Shown piece by piece: positions 18,706 to 28,057 of a DNA stretch of 64,000 nucleotides. Made by a program: the position numbers and the translations under genes. Each line of letters starts with the position of its first letter. Position 1 is the stretch's first letter. The notes under the pieces were generated by a model that was given only the letters and a program-made list of their open reading frames with translations, did no database searches and had not been told where the DNA came from. This stretch comes from a virus (Duplodnaviria; Caudoviricetes): IMG/VR virus record IMGVR_UViG_3300015050_001523, positions 128,001 through 192,000 of that record; one strand, given 5' to 3'.

Positions 18706-19425
18706 TTAGCAGCCCCATGGATGTGTAAATATAACGCTAAATTTGCCCATAAGATTTGGTTTTCCTGTTTTTGGATCGGTTCCGGTAAACCCTTTTCCTT
18801 CAGGAATTTCGCAACCATAAACTCCTGGCTCGCAGCTATTTCTTTCAATTTGGTTGGCGGCTGCTCGTAAAAGATCTGCCAAACGTTTATTTGCTACTTC
18901 GAATGAGCCTGCGGCTCGAACCATTGTCATATAGATTTCGTGAGGATCTGTTTTATTGATATGTTCTTCGGTTTTGTTTTCTTTGTTTTCTTCCATATTG
19001 GTGTTTTCCGTCTCTTCTTGAATTTTCTCATTTAAAATTGCTTCATGAATTGCTGCGACCCATTTCTTATAGAAATTCATAATCTCTTCAAATTTAGAAT
19101 GATTTGGATTGAGGATATCTTTCCCATAAAAATGCCCATAAAAATGAGTAATTTCGTGAGAGACAGATCTATTCCTTATATTATATTCTTTAGCCGCCAT
19201 TTCTCGTAGCGGCATGTTTGCATCGATATTTGCTTGCGCCAAACGAATCCTCATAACAAGCAAGACATATAACATGCTCTCCATCGCCTCCAAAGAAAGG
19301 GCATGCATTGATGGCCTCTTTAGAATGTCCTGAATATAATTATCAATAAATTCTTCGTTCGAATATATCTTATTGAATTTTTCTATTGTTAGATTTGTTT
19401 CATTATCAATAAATGTGTTTTTCAT
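18706..19425 (-). CDS. Hypothetical protein (239 aa)
   Basis: ORF track; N-terminus resembles 42087-42380 (S.EA.E..L..LL). Confidence 0.7.
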   Translation of the reverse strand: MKNTFIDNETNLTIEKFNKIYSNEEFIDNYIQDILKRPSMHALSLEAMESMLYVLLVMRIRLAQANIDANMPLREMAAKEYNIRNRSVSHEITHFYGHFYGKDILNPNHSKFEEIMNFYKKWVAAIHEAILNEKIQEETENTNMEENKENKTEEHINKTDPHEIYMTMVRAAGSFEVANKRLADLLRAAANQIERNSCEPGVYGCEIPEGKGFTGTDPKTGKPNLMGKFSVIFTHPWGC

Positions 19426-19437
19426 AAAATAATTCCT

Positions 19438-19908
19438 CTAAGAAGATTTTTTTTGAGCGGCTTCGAGGGCAGCTACAAGAGCTTCAGATTTGGTTGATCC
19501 TTTTGCTAATAGAGGGAGATCCATGCCCCATACCAACCACTCTATTGGTTCGCCATAGTTTGGACAAACCGTTTCGCAGCGACGGCCCCATTCGACCTTG
19601 ATATGGCGCCCTAACGCCTTTTGAATAAGCTCAAGAAAGCATCCAATTGTGGCGGGGTCCTCTAGATCAGGTACCAAATTTTCTTTTAGCCACCACATAA
19701 TCGACCTTGAAAAGTCCATCATTCTTGGTTGCAAATCACAAACAATTACAGAATTGCTGGCTGGGTTTGGAGTTTCAACAATCGTTACATACACTTCGCG
19801 CTGAGTATCAAAAGCTCTCATTCCTTGGATTAGTGAAAAGTCTGCACATGCAACAGCGCGCTTGGCCAAATCAAGATTTATTATATTTGTTTGTTTTATA
19901 TCTTTCAT
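19438..19908 (-). CDS. Hypothetical protein
   Basis: ORF track (start possibly 19908 rather than 19938). Confidence 0.65.
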   Translation of the reverse strand: MKDIKQTNIINLDLAKRAVACADFSLIQGMRAFDTQREVYVTIVETPNPASNSVIVCDLQPRMMDFSRSIMWWLKENLVPDLEDPATIGCFLELIQKALGRHIKVEWGRRCETVCPNYGEPIEWLVWGMDLPLLAKGSTKSEALVAALEAAQKKSS

Positions 19909-19947
19909 AAAGATTTCTTTATTTTGATCGATTACCATATTACAATA

Positions 19948-20412
19948 ATGGAATCAACCATGGAAAAGGATAGGATATTTAATGAAGCGCGCGAGAAGGC
20001 CAAGGAGCACGGAATAGAATTTAAAATTAAGATTGAAGAGATGCCGGAATTGCCTGAGTATTGTCCGGTTCTTGGAATAAAGATAAACGAGAGCGAAGTT
20101 GATCGTCGCGCAACATTGGATAGGATTGATCAAGAATTGGAATATGTTCTTGGAAATGTTAAAGTTATTTCCGCGCGCGCTTCGCGCTTGCGTTCTGATG
20201 GAACGGCTGAAGAGTTTCAGCGGATAATAAATTATATGAGGGGAATATCGAATAAGAAGAACAAATTATTGGATGAAGAGGTTCTTGAGATTCGGAGATT
20301 ATTGAAAAAGGGAATGAGTCAAAGAAAGTTGGCTCATAAATACAACGTTTCCCAGGCAGTAATTGGAAAGATAAATCGAGAAGAGATTTGGAAGAACATC
20401 ATTTCAGAATAG
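19948..20412 (+). CDS. Degenerate His-Me finger (Endo VII/HNH-like) domain plus C-terminal HTH
   Basis: CPVLG...TLDRID...YVLGNVKVISARAS; C-terminal MSQRKLAHKYNVSQAVIGKI. Confidence 0.6.
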   Translation: MESTMEKDRIFNEAREKAKEHGIEFKIKIEEMPELPEYCPVLGIKINESEVDRRATLDRIDQELEYVLGNVKVISARASRLRSDGTAEEFQRIINYMRGISNKKNKLLDEEVLEIRRLLKKGMSQRKLAHKYNVSQAVIGKINREEIWKNIISE

Positions 20413-20469
20413 CCTGGAAGGTCGTATAAAGAAATGATTGATTTGCTATAACGCGAGAAATAATTCATA

Positions 20470-20762
20470 TTATTGATCATGAACATTTTGATAATCTTTC
20501 GTTATTTTAATAAATTCTTTTTCAGAAAGCTGTTTTCCATCGATCCACCATTGAGGAAAGGCACTATGTTCTAAAGCTGGTCCATCAATTCTATGTTTCT
20601 TATTATTTACAGCCCATATTTTTATATCATATGTTTCATATGCTGGGCCGTTTTCTCGATGCCATTCTCCATTTAGACGACACGGCCGCCATATACAGGA
20701 CCACTATAAATAACTCCATTGTTAATAATTGAGTTATTAACTTGCCAATTTATATTCGTCAT
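20470..20762 (-). pseudogene. Frameshifted HRxDGPA-repeat paralogue
   Basis: ATG coupled to upstream stop reads MTNINW...GGRVV*; the shifted frame continues RLNGEWHRENGPA...HRIDGPA...WWIDGKQLSEKEF*; length 293 nt = 3n+2. Confidence 0.6.
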
Positions 20763-21115
20763 AGATTTGTTACAAACCAAACAACTAATCCGATTGCTGC
20801 AAGAATAAGTGACCATTTCATTACAAACATTCCGATGATTATTGAACGAACGACCCATGTTTTTGGAACAAAGTCTTCTAGAACGTTGATAAGCTTACAT
20901 GCTCGTTCAGAATTCCCTGCCTTACAGAGTTTGCTGACATGTTTTGCAAATCGCGGTGCGTCGGTTAGTCCTGGAATTAGATCGGCCAGGGCTTCAACTT
21001 TTGTTTCAATTTCGGAGAATTCAAGTTCTTTATCAAGGGCGATCTTAACCATCTCAGATTTTAGGTCTCGACAATCGAACATGAACCATGTTTTTTTTGA
21101 TTTTATATTTGTCAT
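20759..21115 (-). CDS. Membrane-anchored hypothetical protein
   Basis: C-terminal hydrophobic segments. Confidence 0.7.
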   Translation of the reverse strand: MTNIKSKKTWFMFDCRDLKSEMVKIALDKELEFSEIETKVEALADLIPGLTDAPRFAKHVSKLCKAGNSERACKLINVLEDFVPKTWVVRSIIIGMFVMKWSLILAAIGLVVWFVTNL

Positions 21116-21130
21116 TTGAATCTCATTTTA

Positions 21131-24100
21131 TTATTGTAAATGTCTAAATTTTTTGTCAATAGATTTATTTTCTGGTGTTTCATTTGATAAATTGAATTCC
21201 TTCAATTCTTTTTTAGAAAGGGCTTCTATTTTATATGAAGACTTTGCAGGGACTATAATCCATTTTCCATCAGAATCTTTTTTTCTGATTCCATTTTTAT
21301 CGCATTCATAGCTTTGCGAAAAGTTTTTTGATTTTAAATAATTTGGATGGCCATACATTCGAATATAAGTTTTTGAACTTTGAATATATTGCTTTATAAA
21401 ATCTTCTTCTTTTACATCGTCAGAATATGTTACTGAATGCCAAATTTTATTTTGGCCAATTTCAAACTTAATAAGAAACTTCTTTTTGCTAAGTTTTCTA
21501 ATTATATGATCAATGCTCAATTTGTTTTTGCAAATATCTTTTAATTGGCGAGAAATATTCATTTAAATATTTTGAGCCGCCAGCACTTCCCAGACCTTTC
21601 ATTGAAATGTTTTTGTCGGCATCTGATTCAATAAAATAACCTTCTTCATCTTCTACAGAAACAATTTTACATTTCTTTCTTTCATTCCTTGGAATGGCTC
21701 TCATTTTGTCTTTGGATCTTGAGCTTCCACCAAGTCTTGGCCTTAGACAAAGAAGCTTATGCATATCTTTTCTCATATAGTCTTATCTCAAGCGATATCA
21801 TAGCAAGAACTTATTCCATTGTCAAGCTTTTAGCCTTGATATCATATCTTTGAACATTCTTGCTTTTTGGCATTTTTCGCACATAAGAACGGTATATAAT
21901 TTTCCTGTTATTTTAGATTTAAGTTTCCACAAATCTGTAGAAAGTGCTGGTCCATTGCAATCCTCACAACGTGGTTTATTTTGCTTTATTTTATTAAAAC
22001 AATAATTTGAAATGATAGAATTTAGATTACTCATATTGATTTATAGGATTTCGATGAATAACAAGCTTAACAGCTATAGAAATTAAGGGTTTAAGCAAAT
22101 TATAAAGCTCTACTTCATTTATATCTCCATGATAGTCTAGGAATATTTCGCCCTTTCCTATATTTGTGCTGAAAGAGTCAACTCTAACAAAGCTATTGGC
22201 CAAACTCAAAATATCTCTTTCAGATGATCTAGCAGATTCTACAATCTGCATATGCAATTTGCTGCATATTTTTATATTATTTAATATTGTATTTAATTTC
22301 ATAATCTTTGGCTAATAATTTGTTTGTTAGATTAACATAATCCATAATACAATCAATATAATATTTGTTCCAAGCATGTATTTTATATTCTGTAAGAATT
22401 TTATTTAAATTATTCATATTCGCTTATTATTCTCCATCATTATTGAATTCAAACATTTTTCTTTCAAATATTTGTTCTTCCTCTTCAAACATTATCCTTT
22501 CTAATTCTCTATTAGTTTCTATGATCATTTTAAATAAAGCTTTATTTAAAATAAAATTATTAATTATATAATTTAAATTATTCATTTTTTGCTTTCTGTG
22601 TTTTGAGTGCATCAAGCATTGCATTGAATTGTTCCCCATTGATTGCTTGCTCCAATGTCAATTCTTCGGCGTAGAATCTCCATTCTTCAGAACTATCTTT
22701 TTTGGGGGTTCCCAAGCTCGCAGTTCCCAAGCTATCACTGTTTCCAGACCCTCTTCAGGATTGTCATCGCCTTGCCAAACTTCTAGAAGTCCATAGTTTG
22801 GAAAATTATCTAAAAAATAATAGGCAACCAATGTTGAATTGGCAGAATTATTTACCCTACTTGGAAGCTGTCCTGTATGAAGCTCGCAGAGAGAAATCAT
22901 AGCTCTAAATAAAGCAGCTTGTTTAGGAATGATTCGCGGAGTAAGCTCATCATAAGGTTTCTCAATCGCTTTTTGAATGCGGGCTTCAATTTCTGGCCAT
23001 GATAAAATTTTGTTTTTTTCCATAATTATTATTCTTTATAAATTGATAGAAAGTGTTCTATAAGAGAATTGCTTAGCCAAAAGGATCGATCTTTTATTTT
23101 TTTGCCTTCCCAATAAATGCAAACAACATTTATTCCTGGAGTTATGCTGCTTGGCTTAATCATCCAAATAATGTCAGAACTTCCTCTCCATGAGACTTCA
23201 ACAATCCCTGATTCAAAACTAATATCAGCTTCAAGTCTTGGATTCTCATATAAGGCCATCCTAATAAGTCTTGCTGTTTGGCGAACTAAATTTTTTGATG
23301 CACCTTTTGATTTCATATCTTCAAGAGCTGAAGTCAGGGTTGGCGGAGTTTCTCCCATTTTTGGTTCTGGAATGTCACGAACTTGAATTCTAATCTTTGC
23401 TTCAATATTATCTAGCCAGCGCTTTTGATATCGGGCAATAAATTCAAGGAGAAATAGGCTTAAATGCTTCATAAAATAAGATTTTTTATATTTTTTGGAT
23501 TTGAAAGAATTGTTTGGTATAGGACGCGAAACTGCATATGAATGACTTCCTTGTCGTTCGATAACCGTTACTTCCATTATCCGATCTGGAGAGTTTAAAT
23601 CTCTCATCGCCTTTTGAACCGTTTCAAGCGCTTGTTTTTTTGTTCTTCGATGCTTCATGACGACGCCCTCGCTGTTTTTCTTCAATCTCTATAAGACGTT
23701 CAATATTTGCTATTGTTCTTTTTATTTGCGATACAAAATATTTGTCTTCTGAGAAGATTTGAATTAATGGTTCAAATGACTTAATTTCGGCTTGTCGACT
23801 TTCTTTTGTTGGGCGCTTTGTCAGGCATACTAGACAAGATTCATTATTTCCAATATAACTTCCACATGCTCCGCAAGAACAATTTATGCAACAAACATCC
23901 TCATCTATTGGTTCATTACAAGTTTGGCAATAAAGTTGTTTTTGTTTTTTGGTCATTTTATTTCCATATTGTATGGAAGTGAAATAAAATCATCGGTTCC
24001 AGGCATCCATTCAGAGAAATTTTCAGGTTCGCAACTATCTACAATATCAAGCATACAAATAGAATTATTAGAAATTAATTCTTCAATTCCAAGAATTAAA

Positions 24101-24354
24101 CGATTCCATGTATCATTAAATGGATATGTATCATCATTTTTGGTTGATGCCCATGCAACTGGGGTTCTAGAGTGTGTAATAAATGTAGGATACCCTTGAT
24201 TATTTAAAATTCCATAAAGAGCTGGGCCAACCTTGAGTGGATTCTCTTCTTTTGGATGTATAATATATGTTGGAAAAGGTGCTCCGCCTCTAACAACCTT
24301 AGTAAATTGTAAATTTCTATCCATCATTTCTAAGTTCTCTCCATCTTTCTTCAA
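21131..24354 (-). CDS. Run of small hypothetical proteins (21131-21562, 21510-21776, 21822-22034, 22027-22302, 22427-22639, 22658-23023, 23029-23685, 23624-23956, 23953-24354)
   Basis: Tightly packed co-oriented ORFs in the track; CxxC pairs in 21822-22034 and 23624-23956. Confidence 0.6.
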
Positions 24355-25048
24355 TCATTCTTGCGTAAAGAATACTTCCTATTCCATAATTCCCTAATGA
24401 ATATGAATCATTTACTTCAACAAGAACAGTTTTTCCATCTTTAGTTACTCCAACATCAATTGATCCAGATACAGGTTTTTCTTTATATGATTTAAAAATT
24501 TCTTCAATAATTTTTCTATCAGGAAAAATTAAAGAATCTCCATGATAATGTTTGCATCCGACAATTTCATTTTTTAAAAAATAAACTCTGTACTCCGATT
24601 TAAATTCTAAGCATTCACTAATATAAATTTCAGTTCCCTTTTTCAAATGTGCAACCTGCAATAAATCTAAAAAAGATGAAAAAACAAATCCTTTAAATTC
24701 TTTTTCTTTGACTGGTTTTAGAAAAAAAGGTTTAATATTTTCATTATTTGCTTCTTGCCTTGCAAAATCAATTGTTGATTTTTCTATTTTTCTATGAAGA
24801 AATTTTTCCAATGATTCTGGGTAATTCATTTCTTTTGGTTGTGGAATTCCCATTTTTGTCATGGCATCTAAAACAATTGGAATTCCCCCAAATAAAATAT
24901 CATCTTTTTCATATTCAAAATTTGGAGCTTGAAGTTCTTTAATCTCAAAAGGAATTACCTCATAGCCTAAAATATCAAATCCTTTTGAGGCATGAAATGA
25001 ATTTATTGTCATATCATTTCCTTGCACATGTTGAATATATGCCTTCAT
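24317..25048 (-). CDS. ATP-grasp domain protein (DUF4343/R2K-like)
   Basis: PFFLKPVKEK, EFKSEYRVYF, IDVGV...LVEVND.YSLG.YG. Confidence 0.8.
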   Translation of the reverse strand: MKAYIQHVQGNDMTINSFHASKGFDILGYEVIPFEIKELQAPNFEYEKDDILFGGIPIVLDAMTKMGIPQPKEMNYPESLEKFLHRKIEKSTIDFARQEANNENIKPFFLKPVKEKEFKGFVFSSFLDLLQVAHLKKGTEIYISECLEFKSEYRVYFLKNEIVGCKHYHGDSLIFPDRKIIEEIFKSYKEKPVSGSIDVGVTKDGKTVLVEVNDSYSLGNYGIGSILYARMIEERWRELRNDG

Positions 25049-25081
25049 GATTTGATGTGCCTTTGTAATGATTTTGAATTT

Positions 25082-25567
25082 CTATCCATAACACCTATTA
25101 ACAGATGGGTTAGTTCGTTTTCCGATAGAGATTGCTTGATCTATAAGTGCAGCCACCCATTTTTCTTTTTCTTCGGGGTTGTCTACGTTGCCATATATTA
25201 CATATCCAGAAATATATGAGATCAGATCACTACGCTCTTCGTCCAGTCCTGCCTGATATTCAAATGGAAATTGCACATGTAAAGGAAGGTTTGTAATTTG
25301 GCTTTTTGGCACTGGCTGTGCATCATCCCGCTGTCGCTCAAGATCGAGACACCCCATTTCAAGAGGGCAAAAGTCTGGGAAGTCATGACCTTTACGTTTT
25401 TCTCTATCCCACTCTACATAACCTGCAACAATTTTTCGAGGGGTAACTGCATTGCAATAATAATCAATTGCATAACCTGCTCCTGGTGTTTTCTCCTCCG
25501 AAATATGTTGGCATTGATGACAATTGGTAATTTTATTAATTCTAATTTGTTTATTCATAGGAGTCAA
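25082..25567 (-). CDS. Hypothetical protein (Cys-rich N-terminus)
   Basis: ORF track; CHQC...C...CPL. Confidence 0.7.
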   Translation of the reverse strand: MTPMNKQIRINKITNCHQCQHISEEKTPGAGYAIDYYCNAVTPRKIVAGYVEWDREKRKGHDFPDFCPLEMGCLDLERQRDDAQPVPKSQITNLPLHVQFPFEYQAGLDEERSDLISYISGYVIYGNVDNPEEKEKWVAALIDQAISIGKRTNPSVNRCYG

Positions 25568-26421
25568 ATAATTTCAATAACATGAAATGCTTTTGGTTGT
25601 ATTATTTCAATCTTAGATCTTATAATAGAATGCAAGCTATCATTAGGATTTGAAGATTTACATAAATAAATTGAATAAATGTTCATAAGAATAGATGGAC
25701 TTAAAAATGATTTTCCTCTTTGCGCTAAAATAATTTTTTCTTTAGGCAAGAATGGAGAATGCTCTGCTTCTATTTTTATAAAATTAGTAATAATTTGAGT
25801 ATTGATTATTTTACAGATTTCTTTTGATTCCGAAAAAACAGTAACTTTATCTGAATTATGTGTCCGTGAATAAATTGCAGATGCAGCCCTAATAACTGTT
25901 TCTTTTATATTTTTTATATCAGAATTATATATAAAATTATTTTCTGCACAAATATGCAACATATTAAAAAATAATTCGTGGTCAATTTCTATAGCTATTT
26001 GCTCAAGGAATGAATCAAAAATATCAGATTCACATTCTCCATGAATGCTTATTATTTCATTTAGTGAATTCTCTGACAAAAAACGTGCTTTTAAATGTTT
26101 TGATTGAGCTATTATATTTTTTTGTTTTAAATCAAAATTTATTTCAGGAACTCCATTATTTAAAACTGGTTCAGATAATGAATTCCAAAATAAAGTTCCT
26201 GAAGGACTTTTCATAGCTCCAATATAGCATCCTTTAGAGCTAATCATTTTTGACCACATAGTTTCTAAATTTTTTTCATCTGATAATTTTAATTGCATCT
26301 TTAAAGCATAATCAGAGTAATAATCTTTTATTCTTTCAGAATAAATTCTATTATTTTCAGATACAATTTTCCATGGCTCATCATAAATTATTTTTTGTTC
26401 TTCTGTATTTATTACATTCAT
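25564..26421 (-). CDS. Divergent, truncated T4 gp23-like major capsid protein paralogue
   Basis: VPEINFDLKQKNIIAQSKHLKA...IHG...EQIAIEIDHEL parallels the gp23 core EMGFRIDKQVIEAKSRQLKA...VHG...TEIMLEINREV (recalled); MKSPSGTLF resembles MxxPTGxxF. Confidence 0.6.
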   Translation of the reverse strand: MNVINTEEQKIIYDEPWKIVSENNRIYSERIKDYYSDYALKMQLKLSDEKNLETMWSKMISSKGCYIGAMKSPSGTLFWNSLSEPVLNNGVPEINFDLKQKNIIAQSKHLKARFLSENSLNEIISIHGECESDIFDSFLEQIAIEIDHELFFNMLHICAENNFIYNSDIKNIKETVIRAASAIYSRTHNSDKVTVFSESKEICKIINTQIITNFIKIEAEHSPFLPKEKIILAQRGKSFLSPSILMNIYSIYLCKSSNPNDSLHSIIRSKIEIIQPKAFHVIEII

Positions 26422-26432
26422 AAATTACTCTT

Positions 26433-26699
26433 TTAGAAATTTTCGTCATAGAATTTGTCATATGCAAATCTTTTTAAGGATTCATATACAGGTTTGCGCA
26501 TCAAAGGATGTGGAATTGCTTTTCCATTTTTCCATCGATTTACTGTAGATCTAGAAACTGCCAAACTATTAGCAAAAACTATATCTTCCAAATTAAGATC
26601 TTGCATAGTTTGTGAAACACATTCTTTAAAAAGATCGTCATCTGTTAGATTAAATTGAGCATATTCAATTCTATTTTTAATTTCATTAAAATTATCCAT
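26433..26699 (-). CDS. XRE-type HTH protein
   Basis: FANSLAVSRSTVNRWKNGKAIP. Confidence 0.8.
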   Translation of the reverse strand: MDNFNEIKNRIEYAQFNLTDDDLFKECVSQTMQDLNLEDIVFANSLAVSRSTVNRWKNGKAIPHPLMRKPVYESLKRFAYDKFYDENF

Positions 26700-26720
26700 T
26701 TTTGCCTTGATGAAAATATA

Positions 26721-27140
26721 TTATTTGTCTTTTATCTGGGAAAGTAGCTCTCGCTCTGTTGGTTCATTTCGCATAAACCAAGCCATCCAACCACAAAGAA
26801 CAGTGGTAAACCCATATAATCCAACAACCCACAATTTATCGTTAGAATGATCAAATATACACATAATATTAGCGACGGCACATAGCAAGAACATGTAGAA
26901 TGGAGTTATTCTTTTCATCAAGAGCAGGATAGAGATCGCTATCAAGGCGCCGAATCCAATCCATCCCAATACTGTTAGAGGTCCTAAAATCCCCAACGAG
27001 ATGAGTAGTAGTTCGATTATTGTACTTACTAAAAAGACGAATTTATAAAATTGAAAGGAATCAAGGAGTGAATCCGCTACAGAATTACTTTTTGACGACA
27101 TTGTGGGTTCTTGTATAATATTCATTAATTCGATATCCAT
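26721..27140 (-). CDS. Multi-pass membrane protein
   Basis: About 4 hydrophobic segments. Confidence 0.75.
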   Translation of the reverse strand: MDIELMNIIQEPTMSSKSNSVADSLLDSFQFYKFVFLVSTIIELLLISLGILGPLTVLGWIGFGALIAISILLLMKRITPFYMFLLCAVANIMCIFDHSNDKLWVVGLYGFTTVLCGWMAWFMRNEPTERELLSQIKDK

Positions 27141-27142
27141 AC

Positions 27143-28039
27143 TTAATAATCTATTTCCCCATCATCATAATGGCTGTCGTCGTCGTCATCATAGTCACTA
27201 TAGTCATCATCATAATTGTCATCATTGTCATCATCATTGTCATATTCTTCAGAACTATCATCATATTCAGATGTATATGTGTCATCAAGTGCTCTTTCAA
27301 ATTCGGCAACCACTTTATATTTACAGGTTCTTAGTTTCTGATGTTCGCAATCAACTGGGATGCTAACAACATCAGCAGGATTGATTTCTACAATAACAAC
27401 TTTACCACCTCTTCCTGCAAACTCTTGTGCATAAGACAAACTCCCAGCATGCATTCCTGTAGAGCAGCCAATACTGCTATCATCACAAACCTGAGTCCTA
27501 ACACATTCAATCTCTTCTCCTATACCATTATAGATTTGGCCACCTTCATTAACTTTTCCAGAAAGAAGCGTAAGGTTTCCAGAGCGAATACTCCAATAAT
27601 CATCTGTTAGTCCTTTATAAGCCAAAAAGTTTCCATTTGGAATTATTGGCATATTTTTATGTTCAAGGAATTTGTATAATTCATCAATTGCCCTTCTTGA
27701 AGGATTACTTAATAGTTTTTCAAGGAATCTAACAATTGTTTCAAAGGGCAAGTTTTTAGCATAGAATTCAAGAATTCTATCAACAACAACACCGCCTATT
27801 GAAACTCCTTTATATAAAAGGTTTCCTCTTTCAATTGAAATATTTCCATTTGAATATTTCATAATCGAATTGGCAGTATCTAACAGTCTTGGAATTAATT
27901 CTTCATTTTTTTCATTAATTGCATCCAGGATCTCAGACCATTTTGGATGAGATGAATTGGCACTATATGTTTTTGATTCTCCATTTTCATCAATGATAAG
28001 AATGGTTAGATTGTTGTTTGTTAGTGATGTAGTTATCAT
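27143..28039 (-). CDS. rIIB: rIIB-like protein
   Basis: NPSRRAIDELYKFL, NFLAYKG, CSTGMHAGS, INPADVVSIP...KLRTCKY; directly downstream of rIIA-like. Confidence 0.85.
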   Translation of the reverse strand: MITTSLTNNNLTILIIDENGESKTYSANSSHPKWSEILDAINEKNEELIPRLLDTANSIMKYSNGNISIERGNLLYKGVSIGGVVVDRILEFYAKNLPFETIVRFLEKLLSNPSRRAIDELYKFLEHKNMPIIPNGNFLAYKGLTDDYWSIRSGNLTLLSGKVNEGGQIYNGIGEEIECVRTQVCDDSSIGCSTGMHAGSLSYAQEFAGRGGKVVIVEINPADVVSIPVDCEHQKLRTCKYKVVAEFERALDDTYTSEYDDSSEEYDNDDDNDDNYDDDYSDYDDDDDSHYDDGEIDY

Positions 28040-28057
28040 GGATTTTTCTCTTCCTAT

